From Octopus vulgaris (taxonomy: Eukaryota), in NCBI GenBank assembly GCA_951406725.2, contig OX597821.1, positions 30,566,001 through 30,630,000 of the forward strand: a stretch of DNA of 64,000 nt, read 5' to 3'. Shown piece after piece: positions 37,865 through 52,636 of this stretch. The notes below the pieces were generated by a model. The model saw only the letters and a program-made list of their open reading frames with translations. It searched no databases and had not been told where the DNA came from. The translations under genes and the position numbers were made by a program. Within the stretch, counting starts at the first letter, position 1; each line of letters begins with the position of its first letter.

Positions 37865-40800
37865 TTGTCTGTGTGTGAACGCAATTGTATATGTGTGTGC
37901 GTGTGTGTAAGATTATAAGCTGACAAGCCCTACTGAATCCCCTACCCCAACGTATTGTCGCCACTAGTTCTCTCTCTAAACACGCGCCACTGTCACTTAT
38001 TTAGTAATATTATCACTGTACATCACGTGACCTCTCTTGACCAATTGTAGCCCTTTTACTTGTAGCCATCTTGAATTCCCTGTACCTCTCCAATCATTCC
38101 GATTATTACCAGCCTGACTAGAATGACTCTGTTAGGGCTCTCGAAACTTGAAGTAGCGTAGAATACTATTCAAGCCCCTTTGAATAATACAGGTAACTTC
38201 TAATAAATCGATTGCACCCCATTTCGTCGTTTGTCCAGTCACTCATACACACACATACACACACACACACATACACACACACACATACATACACACACAC
38301 ACACACTCGTACACGTTGCATACACACGTAAACTCATATATATATACATATTTTTGGGGTGCGTGCAAATACAGAGGTATCATAAAGGTATCATATAAGT
38401 AAAAAGAGATCTGCTTTCTTCATTGTAGGACTGAATGTGAAATATATGGTGTTATCTTAATCTTTCTTAGATACATTATCATAGTTGTGGTAGAACTTTT
38501 TATCTGAAACCATTTTAATATGATATTTGTTATAATATTACATTTTATATTTATATGTACGATGTATGTGTGTATAGAGCACCAAAGAACAAAATGATTA
38601 ATAACACTCATGAATTTGCCTGCAGATATTGCAGGAGACAAACTTTCTCAAAATTTATTCCGACCACTAAAGAAAATCATATTTAAAAGTGAACGTGATG
38701 TTCAAAACTGATAAATCATGTAATTACTGCGCAATTATTTTTAAAATCTTTTTCCAAATATCATAACTTAGGTAACTTTGATAACTTTTAGAAATGATAA
38801 TTATCGCACATACGCATAGATATTTCCCTGTAAGACGTATATAGAGCGACCGATGAAATGAGAGTCACATTCTTCTGTTTGCTTGGCACATTTTCTATAT
38901 ACTTAGTACGAAAAATTTCATGAGACAAATGAAGACAGAACTACACAATACGTCTGAAACTCGAAGGACGTACGTTCTACATTGAAAGTATTGCGCAAGG
39001 AGCCTGGTTGAGTATCACACGATGAACGACGATGCTATCGAAAAAAAGGTAATTATGTGTTTCAACCAATAAATAATTCAAACAACAGCTACACCAAAAT
39101 CGAGAATATTCGGTTTAGGAAGGCCCAGACCGAATATTTTCACTTACACACATTCACACATTCACACACACACACATGCATACTCTCACATCCATATTGT
39201 GTAATTAAAAATGATTTGAATTATATCAAATTCGTATATTTGAAGAAGTCATATTGTATAATTAATGTTAGAACAGGGTAAACGAACGATATATCTATTT
39301 TTTAAAAAGATATTATTCTTGAGATGTTTTCCTGCAGCACATAAACTGCCATTTCGTATACAAAATTTGAGGTAGTTCTGAAGTTATAATTTCAAGTTAC
39401 AACTTTAATAATATTCCTAATCTTAGACTGCAAGCTATATATTATTCGAAGGTTAATTAAATATACTTTGTTCTTTAAATACCCATATAAAAGATAAATC
39501 TAAGACTAAAATCTGACGGCAACGAAATCTAAGAAAGGAGTCCTTATCTTCTCATCCATCTGTTATCGAAAATTTTGAACGGAAAATTCCGAAATCCGAG
39601 AGCGAAGTGACACGTTCTATGCATATTCTCTCTGAAATAGAGTAAACGTTTAAGTTTAGGATTTTAAGTTATACTTCAGCGTCAATTAATAACTTTGATA
39701 ATTCACAAGGTATTTATAAAAAGAATGGCGCAATAACACGAAGAATTCCAGATGCACAGCCGAATATTACCTTTTAGAGAATCCCTTTCATATTTTTCAA
39801 ATTCATGTGGCATTTGAACGCCTCATATACGGCTATCACGCCCTATGACGAACTACTAATGTTTCTTTGTCAGCAAACATTAAATAGCAAAATTTTCGTT
39901 GAATTAATGAGGTTATGCTAATCGTGCAGATAATCCTTTTCCAGTTACATTTAAATGCTTTCATGCGGAATTTCATTCACAAAAATTTCCGCAGCGTTAA
40001 TTCTGAAGCACCCAGCGCCAGAGAATGTCGTTTATTGGTTTACGTGCAGTTCCAAATATATTTTTTTTCGAAGAATTCAACACTTGTTTCACATTCTCAT
40101 GTTCTTTCAGGTCATATCTTATCAAACCAGGGCTAATGCTTTTGTAAGTTTTCATTGAATAGATTAGGACAACTGTGTGTAGCATATCTCTAATTGTAAG
40201 AACACAAAATATATGCCACCTACGTGACTTCCCTCGTACATTATTAGTCTTCTTCAAAATGAAAAAAGGCAACGTTTTCCACGGCGGGATTTGAAACCAA
40301 GTTGTACAGTAGCATAAATATACGAGAAGGTAATTTGTTTAACGCTCTTATGATTCTGCTAAATTGAAACCAGATAGTTGTAGATCTTTCGTTTTACATG
40401 CATAGCCATATCCATGCCCTGAGATTCGTCTTCATGTAAACCTTACTAAAATTTCGCAATTTCCTTCTAACAATATCTAGAATTATATAGAGGAATACTT
40501 TGAGAGAGCATATAGATCGGTATGATATTTTATATATAAATTTTAATGACTGATTTTTCTCTTAACCTTGGTATCCATTAGTGCAATCCTGCTGTTGTTC
40601 ATCTACAAATGTTGCAAGACGTTGCTTGTAGGGTAATAGTGATTTGAGGTGATAATATTTCATTGGATGCAGTAGCTTATCTACAACATCAGTCTGATTG
40701 ACGGGTTTATTTCAGTGAGAAATACTCCACCTTCAGAAGTGTGTTTACACTTTATAATACAGTGTCTCATTCAGTTTATATGCAAATAGGTTACAATTCG

Positions 40801-41556
40801 ATTTATAATCAGAGGTTACTATTTAAATCCAACACTCAGAGTAAGAACCACAATGAACCTCAAATATGACATGCAATCAAATAATGACTGGCTGCCTTTA
40901 AGAAGAACGGTTTGGATTCTCAGTTTGTTGAACATACGAAAATGTTGGTATGAAATACAATTGGTCATTGGTTAAATAACTGGTTTAATTCGCGGAGAAC
41001 TTGCAGAAATAGATTGCATTGAAGAAAGATATGAGTGACCAATGATTCCGGTTAAGCAGCATTAATTTCTGAAGAGCCTCAAACGTTTTACTGAAATTAG
41101 AAAATACGTTCTATTGCTCGTCACCCAGGGAGTAAGATATAGCAAATCAATAGATGACCTCTTCGCTGATTTACCTATGCGTATAGTTGAATTGTGTATG
41201 AATGCAGAATTCACTTTGTGACAGTTATTGTCCCACCGTCTCATAAACTACGAGAAGAATTGATATGCAAGTTAAACTGTATTGTGTGCACATGTAAAGT
41301 TATTAGAGAATATCTGAAGTGTTATATAGAACGCGAAGCTGTTTGCAGATGGTTAGCAGGTTGTTCTTATGCACCTATGAAATTAATCTAATGCATGGCT
41401 CTGGTGCACATACATATATTTCAAATAAGTATTACTTATCTAATGAATGGTATGTGTCCTAATATCTGCAACCGCGTACGGAAGAATCGAAGTTACAGTA
41501 GGAAAAATCATTTGAAGGAGGTGGGGAAGCAGCAGTGCAATGGCATATCTTAATAT

Positions 41557-41858
41557 ACTTTTCTACTCTAGGTACAAGGCCCGACATTTTGGGGGAGTGG
41601 GGCCAGTCAATCGACTCCAGTACACAACGTTAGCACGCCGGGCAAAATTCTTAGCGGGATATTTCATCTGTCTTTACGTTCTGAGTACAAATTCCGCCGA
41701 GGACGGCTTTTCCTTTCATACTTCCGGAAGGATGACCCCGCAAGGATGAAAGGCAAGGCTGACCTCGGCGGAATTTGAACTCAGAACGTAAAGGCAGATG
41801 AAATACCCCGCTAAGAATTTCGCCCAGCCTGCTAACGTTCCCGCCAGCTCACCGCATT
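41557..41858 (-). mobile_element. SINE family B with an internal inverted head duplication and 16-bp TSD
   Basis: tggcatatcttaatat (41541-41556) and tggcacatcttaatat (41859-41874); 41625-41725 is inverted relative to 41745-41840. Confidence 0.8.
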
Positions 41859-42113
41859 TGGCACATCTTAATATCGATAGAAAATTATGCCACAACGTAA
41901 AAACCTCTTATTGGAGTTGTTCACAACTTGTCTAATTTCTTACTCTAATGGAGAGACAAAATTAATCATTACTCGAATAAAATGAAAAGAAAACTAAGAA
42001 CGATGTTACTGAATATGTATGAAGGTAAACATATCAAACGAAATTACACATATGGGCATGCAAACCACACTCAGACATACACACAAGTACACATGCACAT
42101 TATTTATATAGAT

Positions 42114-42163
<50 letters not shown>

Positions 42164-42536
42164 AGAGCGCGTGTGTATGTATGTTAGTCATAGGGCGTTC
42201 GAGTGTGTGTAGTGTAGAGGATTATGTCTATATGCTGTTGTAACATATATCAAATACTCATTCACTAGCAATAACTTACGATGCCGATAACATTCGCAAC
42301 ACGAAAATGTTTTATAGCTTATCAGCATATCAGGTAAATTATTAGCATTTCTGGATAAACCTTTCTTATACCTTACATTAAACGAAATATAACCTAATCT
42401 GAGCATAAGAAAGAAGGCCTATGCAATAAGCTTATATACATGTCTACGGGTAAAGTTTTGAAGGTTCGTATGTATATGTATATGTATGTATACATATATA
42501 TATATATATGTATATACATATATGTATATATGTATG

Positions 42537-42568
<32 letters not shown>

Positions 42569-42667
42569 CCGGAGTAAACACATAAATGTGAAACAAGGTG
42601 GAAAAAAGAGTACTCAAATACCAGTGGTAGAGTAATATGCTTTATTTTAAGCAGCAGAAAATTCAAC

Positions 42668-42714
42668 AAAATCTGTTACTCTGAGTTTCTCGTTGCCGTT
42701 CATCAGACAGTTTT
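42668..42714 (-). ncRNA. minimal type I hammerhead ribozyme in the PLE 3' pLTR (sense to the ORF); mirror copy at 45396-45442 (+)
   Basis: CTGT-CTGATGA-aCGgcaaCGa-GAAA-CTCAGA-GTA-ACAG; short palindromic stem III, as in PLE hammerheads. Confidence 0.72.
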
Positions 42715-43721
42715 TGCTAGAATGGAACATATATATTAATTCAATCTATACTCTTACAAACGCTACACCTTTAAAAAGAAATGGACTTGTTTGATTGGCC
42801 CTTTAGAAAAAAACGGTCAATCTTCGAGCGATAAACAAAAAGGTCAAAAATATATGTATATATATATAAAAACTTATAAAAATTATAAAATCCGAGGAAA
42901 ATACCGAGGAAAAAACCTGTTGCCGTTAATGAAGACAGTACAAATTAATGCATAGAAATTAAACCTGTTATAAATACTGCAATACATATTTATATAAAAA
43001 TCCACATATATATATCAACATACACAAAAGGATGCGCGTAAACGCCATACATACATATACAGACGTATGAATATGAATCTAAATTATACACATAAAAGCA
43101 TGTGTACATATATTCACGCAAACCGTCTCGCACGCAAGCTAAAATTCATCTATGTAGCAATTCTCATATACTGAGCAAGGAGGGGGAACGAAAGAAAGGG
43201 AAAGAGAGAAAAAGGAACGGAGGAGGGGTGGGGAAAAAACTTGTAGCGATGCTATTTGGCATCTATAGAGGCCTGTATACATACACAAGTTTGAATTGAT
43301 ACGTATACATACCGTCGTGTATATGTGTGCTTAAGCACAAGCATACTTTCACTCACACATACACAGATACGCATGCTTACAAATACATATGCTTTGCTAT
43401 ACACAAACTTATATAAACATTCTAAATTTGACAACATTGCTTTTTTTATAAAAAAACATTGCTTTTAAAAAATGGGTGCATTAATAAAAATATATACGAA
43501 AGACCTATAAAATAAAATATAACATCCTATTTTGGGTCATTTATAAATAATCAAGGTAATATAAATAATCAAGGTAATCTTATGCAATACAATAACATGA
43601 AAACAAAGTTTGTAGGTTTTTCCTAATATATATGTAGAAACAATAAGACTTTGCTATAGGTCCGTTGTAGCGCTCAAGAGTCGAAATCAAAATCAAAAAA
43701 TCAAAATACAAAATATATACT

Positions 43722-44870
43722 CTATCCATATGGTATATTTATATTCGACATTTTAAATTTAGCCTTGTGCCTACATAAGTTCATTAGTTCACTTCTTTGA
43801 TTCAAAGAATTATTGTCTTTGAATAATATATGCATTTTTTCTAATAAGCAAAGCCTGCACTTGAAATTATATTTGTAAGCTCCATGCCTGTATGGTGCCG
43901 CCCTGTCCAGAATGCTCCATGTCACGTTGAAAGGTGGGGCTTCCTTTTCTTTTAGTTCCCAGACATATTTTGCTAGGCTGGTTTTCTTTCTATTCTCTGG
44001 GTATTTAAAAGAATTCTTATGAGAATAAAATCTTGTTTTAAATGAATTTTCTGAAGCCCCTGTGTATGTCTTGTATTCCGATGAGCCTTCCTCTTGCACC
44101 TTGGCTCTATAAACTACTCCTTTCACTAGACATTTCCCTTCTAACGGACAGGAGCTTTCGTTTTTGCAATTACATTTCTTAATGGGCTCGGCACCATGTC
44201 TAATCTCAATTAGCTTCCTATTATGTTGGCTAATGTAAGAGGCGAAATTTCTGCAACAAGAATAGCTAACCTTCAGGGTTCTTCTATTAAATATTCTGTA
44301 GAATTTATGACCCTGCCTAAAATGCTTAGAGACTAATCTCAAAAATTCCTTACCTATATTAGTCTTTACGGCCAAATTGAAAGCCGGGTTGAACCACAAA
44401 ACTTTCCTAGTCCTAGTTCTTCGTGCAGCATTATTATTAGCATTAAGCTGGTTGAACTGGATCTTCTCCGAGAATCCACTATTCTTTAATGCGCTATCGT
44501 AATAAGGTGCAGCATTATGGAATGCTGCCTCGTCCGAAGAAATTGAAGATATTCTTCTACCTACATTGCTGACTAAGTTGCTAAGGATAACTGGTGGATG
44601 GTTCGAATCTTTGCTAATATACGATAGCTTTTCATTGGGCTTACGGAAAGGTTTAAATCTATCCGATCTTACATTAAAATTTACGTCTAAAAAATCTACA
44701 CTATTCAGGTTAGTATCTATCGTAATCCGTAAGCCCATCCTTTGAAAGAAAGCTATAAGGTCCTTCCTAAGTCTATCTGATTCATGGCCGTTTAGATTAT
44801 GCGTGGCTATAAGGCCGTCATCCCTATATAGACCTGCATCTATAAATGGGAATTCTATTTTTAGATTATG
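43722..44870 (-). CDS. PLE polyprotein C-terminal ~382 aa (RT motifs C-E, thumb, GIY-YIG endonuclease), open but 5'-truncated
   Basis: GLYRDDG, FLDV, RKP..SNHPP, CNCKNESSCPLEGKC, GVVY..YTG, FKTRFYSH, CRLCLLEK, LNQRSEL..CRH; the first 46 aa of the ORF-track entry come from the inverted pLTR. Confidence 0.9.
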   Translation of the reverse strand, partial: HNLKIEFPFIDAGLYRDDGLIATHNLNGHESDRLRKDLIAFFQRMGLRITIDTNLNSVDFLDVNFNVRSDRFKPFRKPNEKLSYISKDSNHPPVILSNLVSNVGRRISSISSDEAAFHNAAPYYDSALKNSGFSEKIQFNQLNANNNAARRTRTRKVLWFNPAFNLAVKTNIGKEFLRLVSKHFRQGHKFYRIFNRRTLKVSYSCCRNFASYISQHNRKLIEIRHGAEPIKKCNCKNESSCPLEGKCLVKGVVYRAKVQEEGSSEYKTYTGASENSFKTRFYSHKNSFKYPENRKKTSLAKYVWELKEKEAPPFNVTWSILDRAAPYRHGAYKYNFKCRLCLLEKMHILFKDNNSLNQRSELMNLCRHKAKFKMSNINIPYG

Positions 44871-45585
44871 TTTTTTCCCCACCCCTCCTCCGTTCCTTTT
44901 TCTCTCTTTCCCTTTCTTTCGTTCCCCCTCCTTGCTCAGTATATGAGAATTGCTACATAGATGAATTTTAGCTTGCGTGCGAGACGGTTTGCGTGAATAT
45001 ATGTACACATGCTTTTATGTGTATAATTTAGATTCATATTCATACGTCTGTATATGTATGTATGGCGTTTACGCGCATCCTTTTGTGTATGTTGATATAT
45101 ATATGTGGATTTTTATATAAATATGTATTGCAGTATTTATAACAGGTTTAATTTCTATGCATTAATTTGTACTGTCTTCATTAACGGCAACAGGTTTTTT
45201 CCTCGGTATTTTCCTCGGATTTTATAATTTTTATAAGTTTTTATATATATATACATATATTTTTGACCTTTTTGTTTATCGCTCGAAGATTGACCGTTTT
45301 TTTCTAAAGGGCCAATCAAACAAGTCCATTTCTTTTTAAAGGTGTAGCGTTTGTAAGAGTATAGATTGAATTAATATATATGTTCCATTCTAGCAAAAAC
45401 TGTCTGATGAACGGCAACGAGAAACTCAGAGTAACAGATTTTGTTGAATTTTCTGCTGCTTAAAATAAAGCATATTACTCTACCACTGGTATTTGAGTAC
45501 TCTTTTTTCCACCTTGTTTCACATTTATGTGTTTACTCCGGTATATATATATATATATATATATACATACATATATACATATATG

Positions 45586-45617
<32 letters not shown>

Positions 45618-45709
45618 CATACATATACATATACATATGCATATATGTATATGTATGCATACACATATGTATATGTATATGAATGTATATACATATGTAT
45701 ATATAACTA

Positions 45710-46418
45710 AGCAGCAAAGTTGACATGGCCCGCAGAATGTGTTCCTGGATTCTCAGAACCTTCCAGTCGAGAGATTCCCACACTATTATCCTTCTCTTCT
45801 CCACGTTTGCCCGACCCCACCTTCAATACTGCTGTCCACTGTGGTCTCCCTACACAAAACAAAATATTATGAGAATTGAAGCTCCCCAAAGGTCAGTCAC
45901 AAAAAAAGATAGATGGCATGTCAGACCTTGACTACTGGGGTAGACTAGAGAAGCTGAAACTGTATTCACTCCAACGACGCCGTGAACGCTACATTATCTG
46001 TATGATGTGGAAAATATTCCATTAGCACTGTCCGAATGATGTTGGCATCACCTTCAAAATACATCCAAGGCTTGGACCACGTGCCATCCGTCCACAACAA
46101 AAATCTAAATCGCATCACATAACGACAATACGGCACAACTATTTCACCTCAATTGGACCCGCTCTCTTCAACATTACACCAGGACACATCAAAAAAGAAA
46201 CTGACCACACAAAATTCAAGAAGTCTTTCGACAAATTCCTTCAAACAGTCCCGGACAAAACACCCACACCCGGATATGTCTCCGCAAACAATAACTCTCT
46301 GCTCGAATGGGCCTTGGTGCCCAAATCCTGAATTGAAAGACTTCGCCAGGTGGTGCTATTAAGTTAAACATGGCCTGGGCCAATACTGGCCAAAACCGTT
46401 CTAAGTTATTCTAAGTTA
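45710..46418 (+). mobile_element. 3' fragment of a second CR1/L2-group LINE family
   Basis: [41 protein letters not shown]; tail (ttctaagtta)2. Confidence 0.85.
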
Positions 46419-46586
46419 TATGTATGTATATGTATATACATATATAGACGTATGTATATATGTATGTATATACATACATGTGTATGTATATATATATATA
46501 TATACTTATATAAATATATGCATGTGTATGTATACGTATGTGTACATATAAATATGTATATGTATGCATATGTATGTATATATAAC

Positions 46587-46630
<44 letters not shown>

Positions 46631-46631
46631 A

Positions 46632-47871
<1,240 letters not shown>

Positions 47872-47894
47872 ATTATCATATATATATATAATAA

Positions 47895-48290
47895 TTAGTA
47901 TTTGAGGGAATAAAATCCAAACCTACAAAGAAAAATAATTCAATTTAGAAATACTAAATCAAATTACACACAATATAATATATATATAAAATATTAGAAA
48001 AAACACCTTTGATCAAATAAAAATAATTAAATTACACCATCTACAAAGTTACATATAATAGAAAAGTTAAAATTAAAATAGCAATAAAATGTTAAGATTA
48101 AGTAAATTGCAAAAATAATAATAAAAATGGATATAACAGGTATTAGTTTAGCAATTTACTTAATCTTTACATTTTATTGTTATTTTAATTTCAATATTTC
48201 TATTATATGTAATTTTCTAGATGGTGTAAGTTAATTATTCATTTTGAATTGATAAACAGTGATTTTTTTTCTAATATTTTATATATATAT
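47895..48290. mobile_element. AT-rich fold-back repeat, family F (related pieces at 30990-31108 and 51410-51980)
   Basis: ttaaattacaccatcta(g/c)aaa.ttacatataatagaaa recurs; ~47985-48112 is inverted relative to ~48148-48290. Confidence 0.65.
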
Positions 48291-48338
48291 ATCTAGCTGT
48301 CTATGTGTGTGCACGCATTATATATATATATATATATA

Positions 48339-48716
48339 CTAGCAGTATCGCCCGGCGTTGCTCGGGTTTGTAAGGGAAATAACTATAAAGCATTTTTAGA
48401 GAGTTATAGCCAAAAAATAGCAAAAAAAAAATGGAAAAAAATTACGGTAAATTTTTTTTTGAGTAAAAATGGTGGAGTTGCGTCCCCTAGACAGTCTGTG
48501 GTTTGTGTTTCTGATTCTCGACCCCATGTCGAGTTTATCGATTTTTTTCAGAACTGGGGGGGAACTTTTCAAAATTTTCGCTGCGTTAGTTTTGAATTAT
48601 GACATTGGGCTATGTGTGTGTCAAGTTTCATCAGAATCAGTTGAAAGCCGTGGTCAGGGTGAGGGTACAACCTGACAGACACACAGAAACACGCACAGAC
48701 AAACTGCCGTTTATAT

Positions 48717-48719
<3 letters not shown>
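48339..48719 (-). mobile_element. short non-autonomous Helitron
   Basis: Minus strand 5' TCTATATAAA and 3' cccgagcaacgccgggcgatactgCTAG; second copy at 60656. Confidence 0.88.
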
Positions 48720-48780
<61 letters not shown>

Positions 48781-48919
48781 ACGACGGGCTTCCTAATCCA
48801 CTCAAAAAGTTTTGGTAGATCCGGGGCTATAGTAGAAGAGAGTTGCCAAACGTGGGGTGCTGTGGGGCTGAACCCGGAACCATTGAGTTGGGAAATAACA
48901 ATACAGCCACGCCTGCACC
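48781..48919 (-). mobile_element. SINE family A head, decayed
   Basis: Reverse complement ggtgcaggcgtggctgt..ggttccgggttcagcccc. Confidence 0.7.
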
Positions 48920-49662
48920 TATATAATATATATAAATATAATATCCTTTACTTGTTTCGGTCAATAGAGTGCATCCGTGGTGATAAATTTCTTTAGTCGA
49001 ATGAATCAACCCAATAATTATATTTTTAAAGCCTTTTACTTATTCTATTGGTCACCTTAGCCGAACGCACACTCACACATTCACCCAGCGAATATTATTT
49101 ATTTGCTAAATTAAAATCAAAAACCAATTGGTCCAGGGAACTAGATGGTAAAATATTTTTATTTTTTCATTTCATTCCTATCGGGATTTTATCCCTAATT
49201 GTTGTGGTTATAGAACGTAGCTGTTCTTCCTAGCGTGTTGAATCCCACGAATGTGTTCCTTATGAGTTTAAATGTACGCTTTATTTCATTAGTAATTCAT
49301 AGTCTTTGAACTAAATTTTTACACGCTAGGCCACTGGAAGTGAACATTTCTATTAATTTCCATTTCCATTCGATATGATTAAGTATACACCCCCACACAC
49401 ACACACATACATAGATATATAGTTTTTGATATCTCAATTTTGTCTCAAATTTCGTAGTTTATTGCTCTAAGAAATTTAACTTCACCGCAATCTTTAAACA
49501 CAGACAATGAAGTTGGTCTAGGAATCTTGCAACGTTCTATGCTGATGAAAGTTCTAAGAATTATCCGCGGAACCAATACTCAATTATTATTCCAGTTTTT
49601 GAAATTTCTGTTCATTATTATTATTGTCAATATGATTATCATCATTATTGTTGTAATTACTG

Positions 49663-49701
<39 letters not shown>

Positions 49702-49889
49702 TGATTCCTGCACCTCATCTGTATTTTCCTATCTTCCTTTGTTTCTTTTTTACTTTTCGTTCAGGATCTTTGACTGTATTTGCAATCTGAAATTCGTACT
49801 CTAAGAGATACCCATCAATATAATTTTACATACTATTATTATAATTCTGTAATTATTTTCTTACATAACTAAGAGCTGTATTGATGTTA

Positions 49890-50144
49890 TTTTAATTGAC
49901 ATTTTGTTTCTGGATTTGGTTTGCAAGATTCTTTATATGAGTTCGTGTGTTGAAGCATATTCTGTTGCGTCTGGGGAGAGTCATTCTCTTTTAGTGCCTT
50001 ATTATTTAACACACTCACCGGTAAAATTTCCACTTATTTCTTATTTTTATTTTCTAAAACTTTCGTTCCGTGTTGCGACCTTTTCGATAGTCTTGACTCT
50101 GTCCTTTATCTACGAATCTTCATTGACAGTGCTTACTGTTATTT

Positions 50145-50150
<6 letters not shown>
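49890..50150 (-). mobile_element. repeat family E (probable PLE-type terminus)
   Basis: Homologous to 58823-58980; next to (TA)n. Confidence 0.6.
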
Positions 50151-50239
<89 letters not shown>

Positions 50240-51295
50240 GTGTTATTTTTGTGTATGTGTGCGTGTTTTTGTGCATGTGTATGTGTATGCATGTGCGTGG
50301 GTTTGTGCATCTGTGTGTTTACGGTTCTGTGTGCGTGTGTGTAAGTGCGTGCCCGTTTCTGTGTCTGTGTGTGTGTGTGCGTGTGTATGTGCGCGCGCTA
50401 TCGTGTGTATACAATGAGGCAATACAAGAACAAATACACCGCGCACCTATCGGGTGATACCAAGTTACGAATCTGCACGTATTTATATTGCTCCGTGTTT
50501 CTTTCTCTGTGTTCAATGCATGTGATTTATATGTAGGTTTCCATGTTTATATTTAGTTGTTTTAAAGAAGGAAAACAAGAAATTATTTAACAGTTTTTCA
50601 GTCGATAAGTATTCCATGACATTTCCCAACTGATTAATGAATTTTTATTCACTTTCACAGTATATGTTTCCTGTGTTTTTTATGAATCATACGTTAAGTT
50701 TTTCGTGTAATACTCCGTTATACATTTTTGACTATATGCGTATTTATATATATATGTGTGTGTGGGTGAGTGTGTTTGAGTGTATCTGTGTGTTTGTTTA
50801 TATGTATGTATGTTTTTAGATAGGCACGTGCACTAAATACTTACTTTAGCATGATGGTTAAATGAAATAATATATTTGATTATCTATAGTAAAAATACTT
50901 TCCTATTCTTGTGACGAATAATACCACAAGCAAAATGTATTCTTATTATGAAAATTGAAACTAAAAAAAAACTAATTTATTTTACCTAAACATTTAGAAC
51001 ACTTACACAACATATGAGGAAAAAAATCAATAGATGTCAGGTATTTCAACGCATGTTCACTTATTTGTCAGCTAACTTAAAGCATTTAACTTGAATAAAA
51101 ATAGATACCATTCATTTCAAGCAACATGATCCTTTAGTGTTAATTTAAAACGTGGTGATGAAAGGCATCATTTAATTCTTGCATTAAATATAACTAAAGT
51201 TATTTGATGTGGTATCAAAGTGTATACATGTATGGCCTTTGTTTCATGAGACAGTAAATGTTAATGAAAACACACATTCCTATATATATGAGTAC

Positions 51296-51367
<72 letters not shown>

Positions 51368-51530
51368 GTTTGCTTTTGTGTGTGTCTGTGTGTTTCAATG
51401 TATATATATATAATTAGAAAAAAACACCTTTTATCAATTCAAAATGAATAATTAAATTACACCATCTAGAAAATTACATATAATAGAAAGGTTATAATTA
51501 AAATAACAATAAAATGTTAATAACAATAAA

Positions 51531-51943
51531 GGAGTGGCTGTGTGGTAAGTAGCCTGTCTTCCAACCACATGGTTCCGGGTTCAGTCCCACTGCGTGGCAT
51601 CTTGGGCAAGTGTCTTCTGCTATAGCCTCGGGCCGACCAAAGCCTTGTGAGTGGATTTGGTAGACGGAAACTGAAAGAAGCCTGTCGTATATATGTATTT
51701 ATATACGTATATGTGTGTATATGTTTGTGTGTCTGTGTTTGCCCCCCCTAGCATTGCTTGACAACCGATGCTGGCGTGTTTACGTCCCCGTCACTTAGCG
51801 GTTCGGCAAAAGAGACCGATATAATAAGTACTGGGCTTACAAAAGAATAAGTCCCGGGGTCGATTTGCTCGACTAAAGGCGGTGCTCCAGCATGGCCGCA
51901 GTCAAATGACTGAAACAAGTAAAAGAGTAAAAGAGTAAGAGTA
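51531..51943 (+). mobile_element. SINE family A, full length
   Basis: Near-consensus copy inserted into a family F repeat. Confidence 0.92.
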
Positions 51944-52005
51944 ATAAAAAGTAAATTGCAAAAATAACAATAAAAATTTATATATATATATGTATGCATA
52001 TATAT

Positions 52006-52374
52006 GTGTGGTAAGTAGCTTGCTAACCAACCACATGGTCCGGGTTCAGTCCCACTGCCTGGCATCTTGGGCAAGTGTCTTCTATAGCCCCGGGCCTTGT
52101 GAGTGGATTTGGTAGACGGAAACTGAAAGAAGTCTGTCGTATATATGTATATATAAAGATATATATGTGTATGTGTGTGTGTTTGTCCCCCTATCATTGC
52201 TTGACAACCGATGCTGGTGTGTTTACGTCCCCGTCACTTAGTGGTTCGGCAAAATAGACCGATATAATAAGTACTGGGTTTACAAATAATAAGTCCCGGG
52301 GTCGATTTGCTCGACTAAAGCGGGTGCTCCAGCGTGGCCGCAGTCAAATAACTGAAACAAGTAAAAAGAGTAAA

Positions 52375-52376
<2 letters not shown>
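52006..52376 (+). mobile_element. SINE family A, second tandem copy
   Basis: Aligns with 51531. Confidence 0.9.
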
Positions 52377-52418
<42 letters not shown>

Positions 52419-52636
52419 GTATATGTGTATGTATGTACACCGTATTTGGATAGGCAGAATCGTCTGGCACTATGTTAAATCTCGCCTGCATTCACCTGAG
52501 TGGCGGTTTTTGCATGAAATAACAATTCTGTTCAGCAATAAAGAAAAAAAAAAAAACTTGCGTGAAATGCACGAACCAGGGGCAGTTAACCACAATCCAC
52601 CTGTTATTGTTTGTGTGTATATATATATATATATAA

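Larger units (their letters stand above)
42568..45542 (-). mobile_element. Penelope-like element, 5'-truncated, with inverted pseudo-LTR (probably Hydra-type C-terminal EN clade)
   Basis: RT + GIY-YIG ORF; 673-bp inverted arms 42568-43240 / 44870-45542; hammerhead motifs; both ends in (TA)n. Confidence 0.92.

Noticed and set aside
38600-41400. Non-repetitive stretch that might hide host exons or an old transposon
   Set aside because: No long ORF or recognisable motif in any frame
44871-45008. N-terminal 46 aa of the 428-aa ORF
   Set aside because: Lies in the inverted pLTR (the same peptide appears at 43102 on +); chance in-frame fusion at the truncation junction
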